A DNA stretch of 64,000 nucleotides from Sulfurimonadaceae bacterium (GCA_041571435.1 JBFFUI010000008.1:4581-68580); one strand, 5' to 3'. Counted from the stretch's first letter, positions 38,615 to 49,444 are shown. Program-made: numbers and translations. The notes: generated by a model from the sequence alone, not told the origin.

Positions 38615-38974
38615 ATGAGCACGCTTGAAACAGTGATGATGGCGACCTTTGTTCTGGCCTTGGGGTTTAGCGGGTGGAAACTCTATGCTTTCCTGCCCAC
38701 CAAACCTCTGAAAGATGATGATACGACCTCTGTTTCCGTCGAAACGTTAAAAACGATAATGTATGATGTCATCCATTCAGGCGAACTTGACGAAGAGGCG
38801 ATCGTCACCAAGATGAAAGAGCATCCGAAGTTTGACCATGACCACTTCTGGCGTTTTAACCATAACCGCCTAAAGCAGCTTTTGAACAGCCACTTTCTGG
38901 AGCATCCTCACCATCAGAACATTGAACATATTCATGACCACCTTACAGGTAAAGATCAGAGCGTATCAAAATAG
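38615..38974 (+). CDS. hypothetical protein with N-terminal TM helix
   Basis: TM helix, DDTT motif, His-rich C-terminus. Confidence 0.7.
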   Translation: MSTLETVMMATFVLALGFSGWKLYAFLPTKPLKDDDTTSVSVETLKTIMYDVIHSGELDEEAIVTKMKEHPKFDHDHFWRFNHNRLKQLLNSHFLEHPHHQNIEHIHDHLTGKDQSVSK

Positions 38975-40395
38975 TTCATCTCTGCTGAACGCAGGATCCG
39001 TATATTGTTGGTCGTACCCGGGACACCGACCGGATCACCCGCAGTCAAGACGTAGCACCCTTCGCGCTCAAGCACCTCGTCTCGAAGACCTTTTTTGATC
39101 ACCTCGCTCATCATCTGGTCCAAAGAGCTTTTGCAGACCAAAAATGCAGGTGCAACACCCCAGACGATCGTCAAGGAGCGTGCCACACGCTCATCGTGCA
39201 TGATAGCCAGAATAGGTTTCTTTGGACGATAGCGCGCCAGTTTTTTAGCCGATTGTCCCGAAGTCGTCAAGGCCAAAAGTGCATTGGCATTCAGGTTATC
39301 GACGAGCATCACGGCCGATTCATCGATCACATCCATCTCGTCATGCATCGTAAAACCTGAAAAACGACCGTACTGATAGATCTTTTCTGTCTCACGAATC
39401 GTGTTGACCATTGTCTCTACTGCCAGAACAGGGTTGTGACCAATGGCACTCTCTTCGGAGAGCATCACCACATCCGTACCATCGAGAACGGCATTGGCGA
39501 CGTCAGAGATCTCGGCACGTGTCGCCGTCTCGCTCTCCGTCATAGAGAGCAGCATCTGCGTGGCTGTAATAACAGGCTTACTCGCTTCGTTGGCCTTGTG
39601 TATCACACGTTTTTGAATCGCCGGCACTTCATAATACGGCACTTCGATACCCAAATCCCCGCGCGCGACCATAATACCGTCACTCGCATCCAAAATCTCA
39701 TCGATGTTCTCTACAGCATCAAATTTTTCGATCTTGGCAAAGAGCTGCTGATGACCGCCATGCTGGTCAACGATCGCACGTGCGTTTTGCATGTCGGACG
39801 CATTCTGGACAAACGAGATCGCCATGAAATCGACATCGTTCTCAATACCCCACAACATATCTTCGCGGTCTTTCGGTGTCAACACATCGATACCGATACG
39901 TGTATTGGGAAAGTTGACGCCCTTGTTTGAAGAGAGCTTTCCGCTGTTTTGCACAACTGCAATGACCGTTTCACCAACACTCTCGACTTTGGCACGAATA
40001 TTGCCATCGTAGAGATAAATATACTCGCCCTCTTTCATCTTAGGCAAAATGTCACTCTGGTTAATAGAGAGCTTGTAATGGTCCTCCTTGAGCTGTGCAC
40101 CTACAATATTTTCCTTGACGAACTCCAGGATATCGCCATTTTTGAGCAGAAAATCATCCTCCAGCTTTCCGACACGTACCTTTGGTCCGCTGATGTCCTG
40201 CAATACACCGACAATAAGCCCTGTGTTTTTCATAGCCTGTCGTATCAACTGGAGAACACAGGAGTGATACTCATGAGTTCCATGCGAGAAGTTCATCCGA
40301 AAGACATTGACCCCGGCCCTGATCAACGCTTCCAATTGTTCCAGTGAATCTGATGCCGGTCCCACTGTTGCCAGGACCTTTGTTCTTTTTTTCAT
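38956..40395 (-). CDS. pyk: pyruvate kinase
   Basis: KVLATVGPAS, RMNFSHG, GPKVR, AKIE, MVARGDLG, MLSEESA; start ATG 40395. Confidence 0.98.
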   Translation of the reverse strand: MKKRTKVLATVGPASDSLEQLEALIRAGVNVFRMNFSHGTHEYHSCVLQLIRQAMKNTGLIVGVLQDISGPKVRVGKLEDDFLLKNGDILEFVKENIVGAQLKEDHYKLSINQSDILPKMKEGEYIYLYDGNIRAKVESVGETVIAVVQNSGKLSSNKGVNFPNTRIGIDVLTPKDREDMLWGIENDVDFMAISFVQNASDMQNARAIVDQHGGHQQLFAKIEKFDAVENIDEILDASDGIMVARGDLGIEVPYYEVPAIQKRVIHKANEASKPVITATQMLLSMTESETATRAEISDVANAVLDGTDVVMLSEESAIGHNPVLAVETMVNTIRETEKIYQYGRFSGFTMHDEMDVIDESAVMLVDNLNANALLALTTSGQSAKKLARYRPKKPILAIMHDERVARSLTIVWGVAPAFLVCKSSLDQMMSEVIKKGLRDEVLEREGCYVLTAGDPVGVPGTTNNIRILRSAEMNYFDTL

Positions 40396-40546
40396 CCCCT
40401 CTCCTTCATGCCTCAAGTTTGTAATTGGTACTATTCTAGCATTGTAAAGCAACCGGATGGTTACAATGAGACGGGCATAATTTAAAATATGCTAAAATCG
40501 ACAAACGTATATTTACGATCTATTTTGTGTTAGTGAAAGGAAGCCT

Positions 40547-41206
40547 ATGCGTCTTAGTATAGACGAATATGCAAGTCGTTTTGAAGTCCCGATTGCAACG
40601 ATACACAAGCAGCTTCGCAACAGAGAGCTTGATTACAGTATCGACAATGGTGTTGTCTACATCCTGCTCTCAAGCACACCGGAGCCAAAACAGAAGACAT
40701 CTGTGGGCACCATTATCGCCCTTTACCAAAAAGAGAACCAGCATCTCAAAGAGAAGGTCGAAGAGCTTGAGAAGAAGATCGATAGACTCATCGATGACAA
40801 GGAGCAGATGCTCAGAGAAGAGCGTAACCGTATTGAACATCTCTATCAGACAAAAGATGAGCAGCTCAGAACGGTACTGGAGCTTATGAATACAAAGATG
40901 CAGCTCGCTCAGCCTACAGCCAGAGAAGAAGCGACGAAAGATAACAGCGGCGTCGATATTGATGTCGACACCGATCATGATATAACTGTTGAACCTGACG
41001 ATACCGACAGCGAACCGCATAACCCACATAAGATCTCACTGCGCAGATACCTTAAAAACATCGGTCTTGAAAGTCACGAGAAACGTATCATCAAACGCCG
41101 TTTTGCCGGCGCATACGGAAGTGATATCAGAATTCTGCAGCATGGTGGCGAGTTTTATCTCGACCTCTCTAAATTCGACTACAGTGACCTGCTGAAAATC
41201 CATTAA
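40547..41206 (+). CDS. HTH plus coiled-coil protein (DUF3972-like)
   Basis: N-terminal excisionase-like HTH, central coiled coil, conserved-looking C-terminal domain. Confidence 0.6.
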   Translation: MRLSIDEYASRFEVPIATIHKQLRNRELDYSIDNGVVYILLSSTPEPKQKTSVGTIIALYQKENQHLKEKVEELEKKIDRLIDDKEQMLREERNRIEHLYQTKDEQLRTVLELMNTKMQLAQPTAREEATKDNSGVDIDVDTDHDITVEPDDTDSEPHNPHKISLRRYLKNIGLESHEKRIIKRRFAGAYGSDIRILQHGGEFYLDLSKFDYSDLLKIH

Positions 41207-41458
41207 TTCAAAAATAAGATTTCCTTATCATACTTATCGTTTTTGTTACTTTTCTTAACAACTTTCACCCCCTGTAGGCTCCGAACTGTGGGGGGTTTGT
41301 GAAAAAAAACAGCCGTTTCCAACGATTTCTTCCTAAATATTATAAAAAGAAGAAAACTTTAAGCTTAGAGAGTATAAAGTAGTCCTAGTTGAATCATTGA
41401 ACCCCCTAATACAGGGGAGAATTTGATGTCAAACATCTTGAAAAAAAGGGCATTTCGT

Positions 41459-41743
41459 ATGAATAAAGCACAATTCGTTGAACTCGTTCAAAAAAACGGT
41501 GACTACAAAACTAAAGTTGAAGCAGAAACTGCAATCAAAGCATTTACAGAATCAGTAACAGAAGCACTAGTAGGTAAAGAAGATATCTCTCTAGTAGGTT
41601 TTGGTAGCTTTGCAGCATCACTTCAAAAAGGTAAAAGTGGTAAAGTACCAGGTACTGACAAAACTTATACTACTCAAGATAAAATGGTACCTAAGTTCAA
41701 AGCCGGTAAAAGTCTTAAAGACCGCGTTGCTGCTGGAAAATAG
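41459..41743 (+). CDS. hup: DNA-binding protein HU
   Basis: MNKAQFVE...LVGFGSF...PKFKAGKSLKD; start ATG 41459. Confidence 0.95.
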   Translation: MNKAQFVELVQKNGDYKTKVEAETAIKAFTESVTEALVGKEDISLVGFGSFAASLQKGKSGKVPGTDKTYTTQDKMVPKFKAGKSLKDRVAAGK

Positions 41744-41752
41744 TCACCCCTT

Positions 41753-41772
41753 GTCACGCGCTTTAGCGTGAC
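41753..41772 (+). terminator. stem-loop after hup
   Basis: gtcacgc-6nt-gcgtgac. Confidence 0.55.
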
Positions 41773-41880
41773 CCCCTCTCTTAAACTTTTCAAATCCTTT
41801 TTTAACTGTTTATAAAACTAATCTCTCTCCATTCATGCTGTGTTACAATCCGTAGATCTATCGCAATGCCGGAGGAAAAG

Positions 41881-42273
41881 ATGCCTAAAATAGTCAAATC
41901 TGCACAGCAGTGGCGTGAAAAGCTCTCTGCTGAAGCCTATGCCGTCTGTCGGGAGCATGGTACAGAGGCTCCTTTCAACGGCATGTATTACGATTGCCAT
42001 GAAGAAGGCACCTACCGCTGCGTATGCTGTGATGCCCCACTGTTTCACTCTGAAACCAAATTTGACTCCGGCACCGGATGGCCCAGCTATTATGAAGCGA
42101 TCGAAGATGCCGTCATCGAAAAAAAAGATGAGCGCTATGGCATGGTAAGGGTCGAGGTCTTATGTGCCAGCTGTGATGCCCATCTTGGCCACGTTTTTGA
42201 TGATGGCCCGGAACCGACCGGCCTGCGCTACTGTATCAATTCGGTATGTTTAACGCTGGATGAAGAAAAATAA
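41881..42273 (+). CDS. msrB: peptide methionine (R)-sulfoxide reductase
   Basis: [33 protein letters not shown]; Cys rather than Sec. Confidence 0.97.
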   Translation: MPKIVKSAQQWREKLSAEAYAVCREHGTEAPFNGMYYDCHEEGTYRCVCCDAPLFHSETKFDSGTGWPSYYEAIEDAVIEKKDERYGMVRVEVLCASCDAHLGHVFDDGPEPTGLRYCINSVCLTLDEEK

Positions 42274-42427
42274 GAGACAAGCAAAGATGGTGATTACGAT
42301 ATAACGCTAAATGTCCCATCGTAAAAAGTTTCTGATTCTGTGTAGATTGTGTTGAACGCAGACTGAAAGCGCACTACTGTGCGCAAAGAGTCTGAGTCGG
42401 GTGTAAGATGCTCTGAAGAGAGAACTT

Positions 42428-42976
42428 TTAGAAGTGGAACTCGATGCCGGCACCGTAGTTTGTAATGCTTTCACCGATCACCGTATAATCGATATAGGCA
42501 TCCAGATGTTGCATGATCGTAATGCCCCCGCCGATACCAGAAGAGAAAGTCACGTCACGTGAGTTGACAACATTATCGCCGCTATTGAAATATTCAGCAC
42601 CGCCAAGATTCGGGAAGATAATCCCGAAACGCGGTTTGACATAGATGATGTCCGTTACAGGAATACGGTAAACGGCATAGGTAGCCAATGTAGTCACATT
42701 GACTTTGTCGCGATCGTTATTCGGCCCTTTATAATCCACTTTAGGATCAACGACAGACTTTGTCAACTCTACCTCGGCACCGAAACCTTCTAAAACCGCA
42801 TCTAGCGTCATACCTCCGCGTGCCACGGCAGCCAGACCCATATCCCAATTTTGCACATTCTTCGGTACTGCTTCAAGTGCCACACCGCCGCCCGCGTAGA
42901 AACCGACCTCTGTTGCCATTGCACCAGTACTCAATACTGCTGTTGCTAAAAGTGCTGAAGTGAACTTTTTCATCAT
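42428..42976 (-). CDS. small outer membrane beta-barrel protein
   Basis: Signal peptide, beta-strand pattern, terminal FHF; start ATG 42976 after AAGGA. Confidence 0.8.
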   Translation of the reverse strand: MMKKFTSALLATAVLSTGAMATEVGFYAGGGVALEAVPKNVQNWDMGLAAVARGGMTLDAVLEGFGAEVELTKSVVDPKVDYKGPNNDRDKVNVTTLATYAVYRIPVTDIIYVKPRFGIIFPNLGGAEYFNSGDNVVNSRDVTFSSGIGGGITIMQHLDAYIDYTVIGESITNYGAGIEFHF

Positions 42977-43060
42977 TAATTCCTTACTATTGATTAATAT
43001 AATGCGCACATAGTAGCATACTTTGCTATAATTATTTAAACTACCCACTTCTTGGAGAAC

Positions 43061-43636
43061 ATGATGAAGCTTCTACTATCACTTCTTTACACACTTAGCA
43101 CGCTGGCTTTTGCAGATCTGCACGAAACTCTCTCAAAACCGGAGAAAATGAACACTAATCATCCTGTAGCCGTACTTGAAACGACTCAGGGAACGATCGA
43201 GATCGAGCTCCGTCCCGATTATGCTCCTTTGGCTGTCGAAAACTTCAGCACCCATGTCAAAGAGGGGTACTACAACGGCCTTATCTTTCACCGTATCATC
43301 AAAGACTTCATGATCCAGGGCGGTGACCCTACCGGAACAGGACGTGGTGGACAATCAATCTGGAACAAACCTTTTAAAGATGAGTTTGCGCCTAATGTTA
43401 CCTTCAACAAACGGGGTATCCTGGCCATGGCCAATGCCGGTCCTGGGACCAATGGAAGCCAGTTCTTCATCACGACTGCGCCGACGCCCTGGTTGAACGG
43501 CAGACATACAATCTTCGGTTATGTTATAAAGGGGATGGATGTTGTCGATAAGCTGAATAATGTAGCGACTTCTGGCCGCAGCCGCGGTGACCGTCCGCTT
43601 GAAAAACAGACGATTTTGAAAGCCTATATGAAATAG
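43061..43636 (+). CDS. exported cyclophilin-type peptidylprolyl isomerase
   Basis: FHRIIKDFMIQGGD, AMANAGPGTNGSQFFI, HTIFG. Confidence 0.95.
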   Translation: MMKLLLSLLYTLSTLAFADLHETLSKPEKMNTNHPVAVLETTQGTIEIELRPDYAPLAVENFSTHVKEGYYNGLIFHRIIKDFMIQGGDPTGTGRGGQSIWNKPFKDEFAPNVTFNKRGILAMANAGPGTNGSQFFITTAPTPWLNGRHTIFGYVIKGMDVVDKLNNVATSGRSRGDRPLEKQTILKAYMK

Positions 43637-43665
43637 GTTCTTACGCACGCAGGCAAGTACCCGTC

Positions 43666-44808
43666 TTAAATTTGCTTCAGACCTTTTTGTATCTTCAGGG
43701 CTTGCACATGCTCTTTTACGTCGTGAACACGCACTATCGCAGCGCCATTGCTAGCCGCTGCAAGGTGCAGGGCCAATGTACCGCCCAGACGCTCTGAGAC
43801 ATCTGAAGGATCGATCTTGTCGATCAGTGATTTGCGGCTGGCCCCGACAAGAAGCTGTTTTCTAAGTCGTAAAAAGTGTTCAAGATGGGTGATCAAGGTC
43901 AGGTTGTCATCCAGGCTCTTTCCAAAACCTATCCCGACATCCAGTACAATATCTTTGATCCCGTAAAGGTGTGCTTTGGCAATACGCTCTTGAAAAAAGG
44001 CGTAGATCTCATCCAAAATATCATCGTATTCAGGCTTCTGCTGCATCGTCTCAGGTGTTCCCTTCATATGCATAATGATCACTTTGGCCTGAAACGCTGC
44101 AACCACTTCACAGAGTTCGTCACTTTCCAGGCCTTTAATATCATTGATAATGTGAAAGCCTCTCTCCAGAGCATACCGCGCTACCAAAGGCTGATAGGTG
44201 TCGATGCTGAACTCTGCCTGCTCAAGCAGTGCCGAGCCTTTCAGCAGGTCGATAATCGGTTTGACACGTTCAAGTTCTTCCTGCGCGCTCACCTCTTTTG
44301 AGCCGGGGCGGGATGAAACACCGCCGATGTCGATGATCGCTGCCCCATCCGCTATCATCGTTTCGATCTTTTTCAGGGCGTCATCCGCTTTAAAGCGGCT
44401 CTTGTCAAAGAAGCTGTCGTCATTGGCGTTAATGACCCCCATCACCTGACATTGACGGGGCTTTTCTGTTTTGAGGATCGCCTGAAGCTGATGGGCGACT
44501 TTTTTGAGACCAAAAGGCTGTGTCAGCTCTTTGGTACTCAGTATCTTCATATGTTTTCTTGACGCTATCAGCAGGCAGTCAACATACTCATTCTCGGCAA
44601 TAATCGTCCCTTTTGGAACTGCCAGCTCGGCACCGATCGAGAGGGCATCTTGTTTCAAAACATGGGCAGCTGGCGTTTTTAGACCTTTTATGCTCACCAG
44701 ATAGATCGCTGCTTTGGCGCTCATAATATTAAGCCCGCCGGCATCAACGCCTATCGCTTTGAGATACTTTCTGACATCTATATCGGCAGACAACTGTTTA
44801 ACTGTCAC
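43666..44808 (-). CDS. folP: dihydropteroate synthase with epsilonproteobacterial N-terminal extension
   Basis: GVINANDDSF, DIGGVSSRPG, DVGIGFGK, GASRKS, RVHDV. Confidence 0.95.
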   Translation of the reverse strand: MTVKQLSADIDVRKYLKAIGVDAGGLNIMSAKAAIYLVSIKGLKTPAAHVLKQDALSIGAELAVPKGTIIAENEYVDCLLIASRKHMKILSTKELTQPFGLKKVAHQLQAILKTEKPRQCQVMGVINANDDSFFDKSRFKADDALKKIETMIADGAAIIDIGGVSSRPGSKEVSAQEELERVKPIIDLLKGSALLEQAEFSIDTYQPLVARYALERGFHIINDIKGLESDELCEVVAAFQAKVIIMHMKGTPETMQQKPEYDDILDEIYAFFQERIAKAHLYGIKDIVLDVGIGFGKSLDDNLTLITHLEHFLRLRKQLLVGASRKSLIDKIDPSDVSERLGGTLALHLAAASNGAAIVRVHDVKEHVQALKIQKGLKQI

Positions 44809-45427
44809 GTTTCACCTTTGGAAGAAATGTCATCAGAAGTGTAACGAGAATCGTCTGAAGGCGGCCGTTTAACTCAAGAAGCCGGTAACTGCGGTCGAAG
44901 ATATCGATCTGTTGTTCACTGAGGCTAAGACCGTCGATGACCGTTGCCCTGTGATAAAGCGATTCGATCAGGGCTTTAGCCTCATGTTTGGCGAGGCGGT
45001 CATGGGCTTTCACAAAATCAAAGAGTGTCGAAAGGTCAAGGTTTTTGAGTTTGATGTCAAGCTCTTTGTGAAAAATGCTGGTCTGCTCTTTAATGATCTT
45101 CAATCGTGATCGTACTGTCGGAAGCAGTGTTGACTTGCTTTCCGTAATAATAATAAGTTCAATATTGCGAGGAGGTTCTTCCAGAAGTTTGAGCAGAGCG
45201 TTTTGTGAAAGAGTATTAAAAGTTTTGGCAGCCAGAACAAGATATTTTACCTCTTCTTCTGCAATGTATGCTTCTGCCATCACCGCCTTGGAGTCATCTA
45301 TCTTAAAGTCATCGCGCACAAAACTGACAACACGATGCGGGGCCAACTCCTGCTGGAGTGTCGTACTTCTCTCTTCAATGTTGTCGCAGATTAAAATATG
45401 GCTGCCAAGCCCGCTACTCCTCGACAT
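44798..45427 (-). CDS. holB: DNA polymerase III subunit delta'
   Basis: QNALLKLLEEPP, LLPTVRSR; start ATG 45427 after GGAGAGG. Confidence 0.88.
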   Translation of the reverse strand: MSRSSGLGSHILICDNIEERSTTLQQELAPHRVVSFVRDDFKIDDSKAVMAEAYIAEEEVKYLVLAAKTFNTLSQNALLKLLEEPPRNIELIIITESKSTLLPTVRSRLKIIKEQTSIFHKELDIKLKNLDLSTLFDFVKAHDRLAKHEAKALIESLYHRATVIDGLSLSEQQIDIFDRSYRLLELNGRLQTILVTLLMTFLPKVKRDS

Positions 45428-45959
45428 TAACCTCTCCGAAGAGCACGGCATTTAGCGACTTGTCGAACTGACGGTAAAGCTGTAGCAGTTTTATATCCAA
45501 AAGCGGATCATACGAACGCATCGTATAGGCATTTTGGTACTCTTCGTCCATCAGCCATAAAAAGCTTCTATCGTGGTTTTTCGGCAAGTCGGCTGCCTTG
45601 TCGTTTCCCCGACCGATATACCAGAAGAAGTAGTCACCTTTGTACGAGAGGCTTAACATATCCTCAAGCATTTCAAGGGTATCACTGTTGATGGTGTTGT
45701 AGTTTGGATAGAGGCTTTCCATACGGGCAAACGAGATCATTGGCCGGTCTGTTGACGCTTTGTTGATCGTATTGACAATATAATGTCCGAACCATTGACG
45801 GTCGTTATCGGTTACGACGACAACACTTTTTCCATCCGTTATCTGTTTGAGTGCCTGTGCAATAGTAGCCGTCCATTCAAAACGGGACTCTTCAAGCCAA
45901 GAGAGCATTGCACCTTCGTCACGAATGCTGTCAAGTGTCCATTTGATGAAGGCCTGCAC
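45414..45959 (-). CDS. hobA: DnaA regulator HobA
   Basis: FIKWTLDSIR...WLEESRFEW, YFFWYIG, DIKLLQLY; lysC-hobA-holB-folP synteny. Confidence 0.9.
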   Translation of the reverse strand: MQAFIKWTLDSIRDEGAMLSWLEESRFEWTATIAQALKQITDGKSVVVVTDNDRQWFGHYIVNTINKASTDRPMISFARMESLYPNYNTINSDTLEMLEDMLSLSYKGDYFFWYIGRGNDKAADLPKNHDRSFLWLMDEEYQNAYTMRSYDPLLDIKLLQLYRQFDKSLNAVLFGEVNVEE

Positions 45960-45966
45960 GTTAGAT

Positions 45967-47178
45967 CTACTTATCTAACTCGTAGGCGTTATGAAGTGAA
46001 CGAACAGCAAGTTCGGAATACTTCTCATCGATTACCATTGAGACTTTGATCTCAGATGTTGAGATCATCTGAATGTTGATGTTCTCCTGTGCCATTGTCG
46101 AGAAGGCTTTTGCTGCGACGCCCGTGTGCGACTTCATCCCGACACCCACGATAGAGACTTTACAGATGCTCTCGTCAAAACTCGCATCCTGGATCTCGTC
46201 TTTCTGACAGAAAAGCTCTACGACCTTCTTTGCATCATTAAGCTCATTATGCGGCACCGTAAAGTCCATATTGGTCGAACCGTCATGACCGGATGTCTGG
46301 ATGATCATGTCGACGTTGACATTGCTTTTCGCCAAAGCACCGAAAATATCAGATGCGATTCCAGGACGGTTGACAACGCCTTCAAGGGCGATACGGGCTT
46401 GGTTGCGGTCAAGTGCGATACCGCTGACTAATGGTTTTTCCATGATATTTTCTTCCTTTGTAATAAGAGTACCTTCTTCATCTGAGAAGCTTGAACGGGT
46501 AACGAGGTTGACATTCAGTTTTTTAGCCAGTTCTACCGAACGGTTTTGAAGCACTTTCGCACCCAACGATGCCAATTCCAACATTTCGTCATATGAGATC
46601 CTGTCAAGTTTTTTGGCACTTGGTTCGATCCGAGGATCGGTCGTATAGATCCCGTCTACATCCGTATAGATCTCGCATAGATCTGCATCGATTGCACCGG
46701 CAACAGCTACTGCTGAAAGGTCAGAACCGCCTCGGCCAAGCGTTGTGACCCGTCCCTCTTCGTTAACACCCTGGAAACCGGCGATCACCAAGATCTTACC
46801 TTCTGCCAACGCATTTTTCATCGGTGCCGGATCGATCCGTTCAATACGGGCTTTTGTGTGCACTGCATCGGTGATGATACCGGCGTGTCTGCCGCTCATC
46901 GATGTCGCATTGTGCCCCATCTGATTGAGTGCGATAGAGAGCAATGCCGCGGTGACACGTTCACCTGAGCTCAGCACCATATCCACTTCAGAACGCTCAG
47001 GGTTCTCCCCGAAATACTCTGTATATCCGACTAACTTGTTCGTCTCACCACTCATCGCGGAGACAACGACAACGACCTGATGACCCTCTTTCACTGTTTT
47101 AGAGACACGATTCGCTACATTTTGTATACGATCAAGATCGCCGACACTGGTCCCACCAAACTTCTGTACTATTACCAT
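45967..47178 (-). CDS. lysC: aspartate kinase
   Basis: VQKFGGTSV, TTLGRGGSD, DPR, two ACT domains. Confidence 0.97.
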   Translation of the reverse strand: MVIVQKFGGTSVGDLDRIQNVANRVSKTVKEGHQVVVVVSAMSGETNKLVGYTEYFGENPERSEVDMVLSSGERVTAALLSIALNQMGHNATSMSGRHAGIITDAVHTKARIERIDPAPMKNALAEGKILVIAGFQGVNEEGRVTTLGRGGSDLSAVAVAGAIDADLCEIYTDVDGIYTTDPRIEPSAKKLDRISYDEMLELASLGAKVLQNRSVELAKKLNVNLVTRSSFSDEEGTLITKEENIMEKPLVSGIALDRNQARIALEGVVNRPGIASDIFGALAKSNVNVDMIIQTSGHDGSTNMDFTVPHNELNDAKKVVELFCQKDEIQDASFDESICKVSIVGVGMKSHTGVAAKAFSTMAQENINIQMISTSEIKVSMVIDEKYSELAVRSLHNAYELDK

Positions 47179-47648
47179 TACAGTAACCCTTCTTTTTTGA
47201 AATGTTCTATAACCTGTTCATAGACAGGCTTCTTGAATTTAGCCACCATATCCAGTACGGAATTCACATCGATATATTTGTGGTCTTTAAACTCTGGATA
47301 TTCCGTTTCAAGATCAATCAGTGTCTCATCTTTGATACGCACAAGGAAATAACGCTGTGTCTGACCGTGGAAAGGGTACATCTTCTTAGCAACATGTTTT
47401 GGAAAATCGTAAGAGATCCATTCCGGATGCTCACCGATCACTTCAATCTCTGCTGTTCCGATCTCCTCTTCCAACTCTCTGAAAAGTGCCTCTATAGGGG
47501 TTTCACCCTCATCTATTCCGCCTTGCGGGAATTGCCACATACCTGAAATGTCACTGCGCTCGGCCACAAAGACCTGTTTCTCATCAGGATAACTTGATGA
47601 GACAATAATTGCAGCAACATTGGGACGGTACTTCTTAATATTACTCAT
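47178..47648 (-). CDS. rppH: RNA pyrophosphohydrolase
   Basis: YRPNVAA, WQFPQGGID..E...ALFRELEEEIG Nudix box. Confidence 0.95.
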   Translation of the reverse strand: MSNIKKYRPNVAAIIVSSSYPDEKQVFVAERSDISGMWQFPQGGIDEGETPIEALFRELEEEIGTAEIEVIGEHPEWISYDFPKHVAKKMYPFHGQTQRYFLVRIKDETLIDLETEYPEFKDHKYIDVNSVLDMVAKFKKPVYEQVIEHFKKEGLL

Positions 47649-47856
47649 AGTTTATATCTTTGTTTATACGGCACTTTTTATGACCTTAATTAGTATGCGT
47701 ATTATAGTATGAAAGGTTTAAAATGGGATAAATATTTCTAAATAAACGTCTACTAAACGACGATACTGTTATGGAGGCAGAGCTGCAAACCTTTTATACG
47801 ATTCGGTAGGGTAAAGACTAACCCGGAACTAACCCAAAACCGACTAAACTACGTTT

Positions 47857-48909
47857 ATGTTATTATATATTCACATCCCTTTTTGCGACTCTAAATGCCA
47901 CTACTGCAGCTTCAACTCGTATGTCGATCTCTTCCATCTTCGGGAGCGTTACATGGAAGCGCTTCAAATACAGCTAAAATATGAGCTTGAGCACTTCGGT
48001 GTTAAAGCGAAGAGTATTGAGACGATCTTTATCGGCGGCGGCACCCCTTCAACCGTCAAACCTGATCTCTACCGCCCGCTCTTTGAGATGCTTCAGCCCT
48101 ACGTCCAAGACGGTGCAGAGATCACCTCCGAGGCCAACCCCAACAGTGCCACAGATGAGTGGCTTGAAGGGATGCATGCACTGGGAGTAAACCGTATCAG
48201 TTTCGGCGTGCAGAGCTTTAATGACGAAAAGCTTAAAAAGCTGGGACGTGCGCACAAAGCAGCCGATGCTTCATCCGCCCTGATACGGGCGAAAAAAGCC
48301 GGCTTCAAACACCTCTCAATAGACCTGATCTACGCAGTCGAAGGCGACACCAAAGCACTGCTTTCACACGATCTTCAAGAAGCATTTAAACTGCCTATCG
48401 ATCATCTCAGTGCCTATGCCCTGACGATAGAAGAGGGAACGCCGTTTGCCTCCACACCCGATGTCGCAAACGAAAAACTTGCCTTGACGGAGTGGTTTTT
48501 AAAAAGCATTAAAGCCCGTTTCCCTACCTATGAAATTTCCAACTTCGGAAACTACCACTCTAAACACAATCTCGGCTATTGGCAATACAAAGACTATATC
48601 GGGCTGGGTTCCGGGGCTGTCGGCTTCCTGAAAGAGACCCGTTTCTATCCGACTAAAGATGTCAAAACCTATATAGAAAATCCGCTCGATATTCAGAGTG
48701 AACATCTTGACGAAGCGGCGATCAAAACTGAGAAAATATTTTTGGGATTGCGTTCTGTTGTCGGTGTCTCTCAAGAGATACTCTCGGCACAAGAGATGAA
48801 AAATGCCCGCCTGCTGGTCGATGAGAAAAAGCTGCTTTTTAAAGAGGGTACGTTCTATAATGAAGATTATCTGCTCAGCGATGAGCTGGCCCTTTTTATA
48901 CTGCAATAG
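47857..48909 (+). CDS. hemW: radical SAM heme chaperone HemW
   Basis: LYIHIPFCDSKCHYCSF, GGGTPS, YEISNF, HNLGYW. Confidence 0.92.
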   Translation: MLLYIHIPFCDSKCHYCSFNSYVDLFHLRERYMEALQIQLKYELEHFGVKAKSIETIFIGGGTPSTVKPDLYRPLFEMLQPYVQDGAEITSEANPNSATDEWLEGMHALGVNRISFGVQSFNDEKLKKLGRAHKAADASSALIRAKKAGFKHLSIDLIYAVEGDTKALLSHDLQEAFKLPIDHLSAYALTIEEGTPFASTPDVANEKLALTEWFLKSIKARFPTYEISNFGNYHSKHNLGYWQYKDYIGLGSGAVGFLKETRFYPTKDVKTYIENPLDIQSEHLDEAAIKTEKIFLGLRSVVGVSQEILSAQEMKNARLLVDEKKLLFKEGTFYNEDYLLSDELALFILQ

Positions 48910-49003
48910 TCAATCGGGCACTTTTATCTTTCGTAAAAAGTTTCACCCCTTTTTAAATATATCATCGATATAATCGCAAAAACTATAAACTTAGGCGGTC
49001 AAT

Positions 49004-49444
49004 ATGTTTGGTATGGGTTTTGCCGAGATCTTGATAATCGGTGTTATTGCTATCCTCTTTCTAGGGCCGGACAAACTGCCTGAGACCATGGTCCAGATCG
49101 CAAAATTCTTTAAGTCCGTAAAGACAACCGTCGCATCAGCAAAAAGTTCGATAGAAGATGAACTTCATCTTCAGGAGATCAAAGAAGAGGCCAACAACTA
49201 CAAACGCCAGCTGGCTGAAGCCAGCAATGAACTCGGCCGTGTGAGCGGTGTCGAGGATCTTAAAGAGGAGATGCGCGACATCAAAAAAGATGCCCGTGTC
49301 GAGATAAATGAACCCGATGAAGTCGCTGCACCTGCCGCACCGAAGAAACCTGAGGTAGTCACCTTCGCCAAAAAATCAAAAAAACTCGATATCGAGACGC
49401 CCTCATCAGATGAAAAAGAAACGAAACCAAGTGAGAATGCCTAA
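49004..49444 (+). CDS. tatB: Tat translocase TatB
   Basis: MFGMGFAEIL...FLGPDKLP. Confidence 0.93.
   Translation: MFGMGFAEILIIGVIAILFLGPDKLPETMVQIAKFFKSVKTTVASAKSSIEDELHLQEIKEEANNYKRQLAEASNELGRVSGVEDLKEEMRDIKKDARVEINEPDEVAAPAAPKKPEVVTFAKKSKKLDIETPSSDEKETKPSENA

Noticed and set aside
41263-41304. G-U-rich hairpin upstream of hup as a regulatory RNA
   Set aside because: Lies upstream of the likely hup -10 and is most simply the terminator of the preceding gene.
42359-42394. c-di-GMP-I riboswitch, suggested by GAAA and GCGCAAAG
   Set aside because: Lacks the GGCAAA/P1 arrangement and is not upstream of a gene.
47818-47850. Short ctaaccc repeats and a 12-aa ORF in the rppH-hemW gap
   Set aside because: Only two exact copies, overlapping the hemW promoter; the ORF has no SD.
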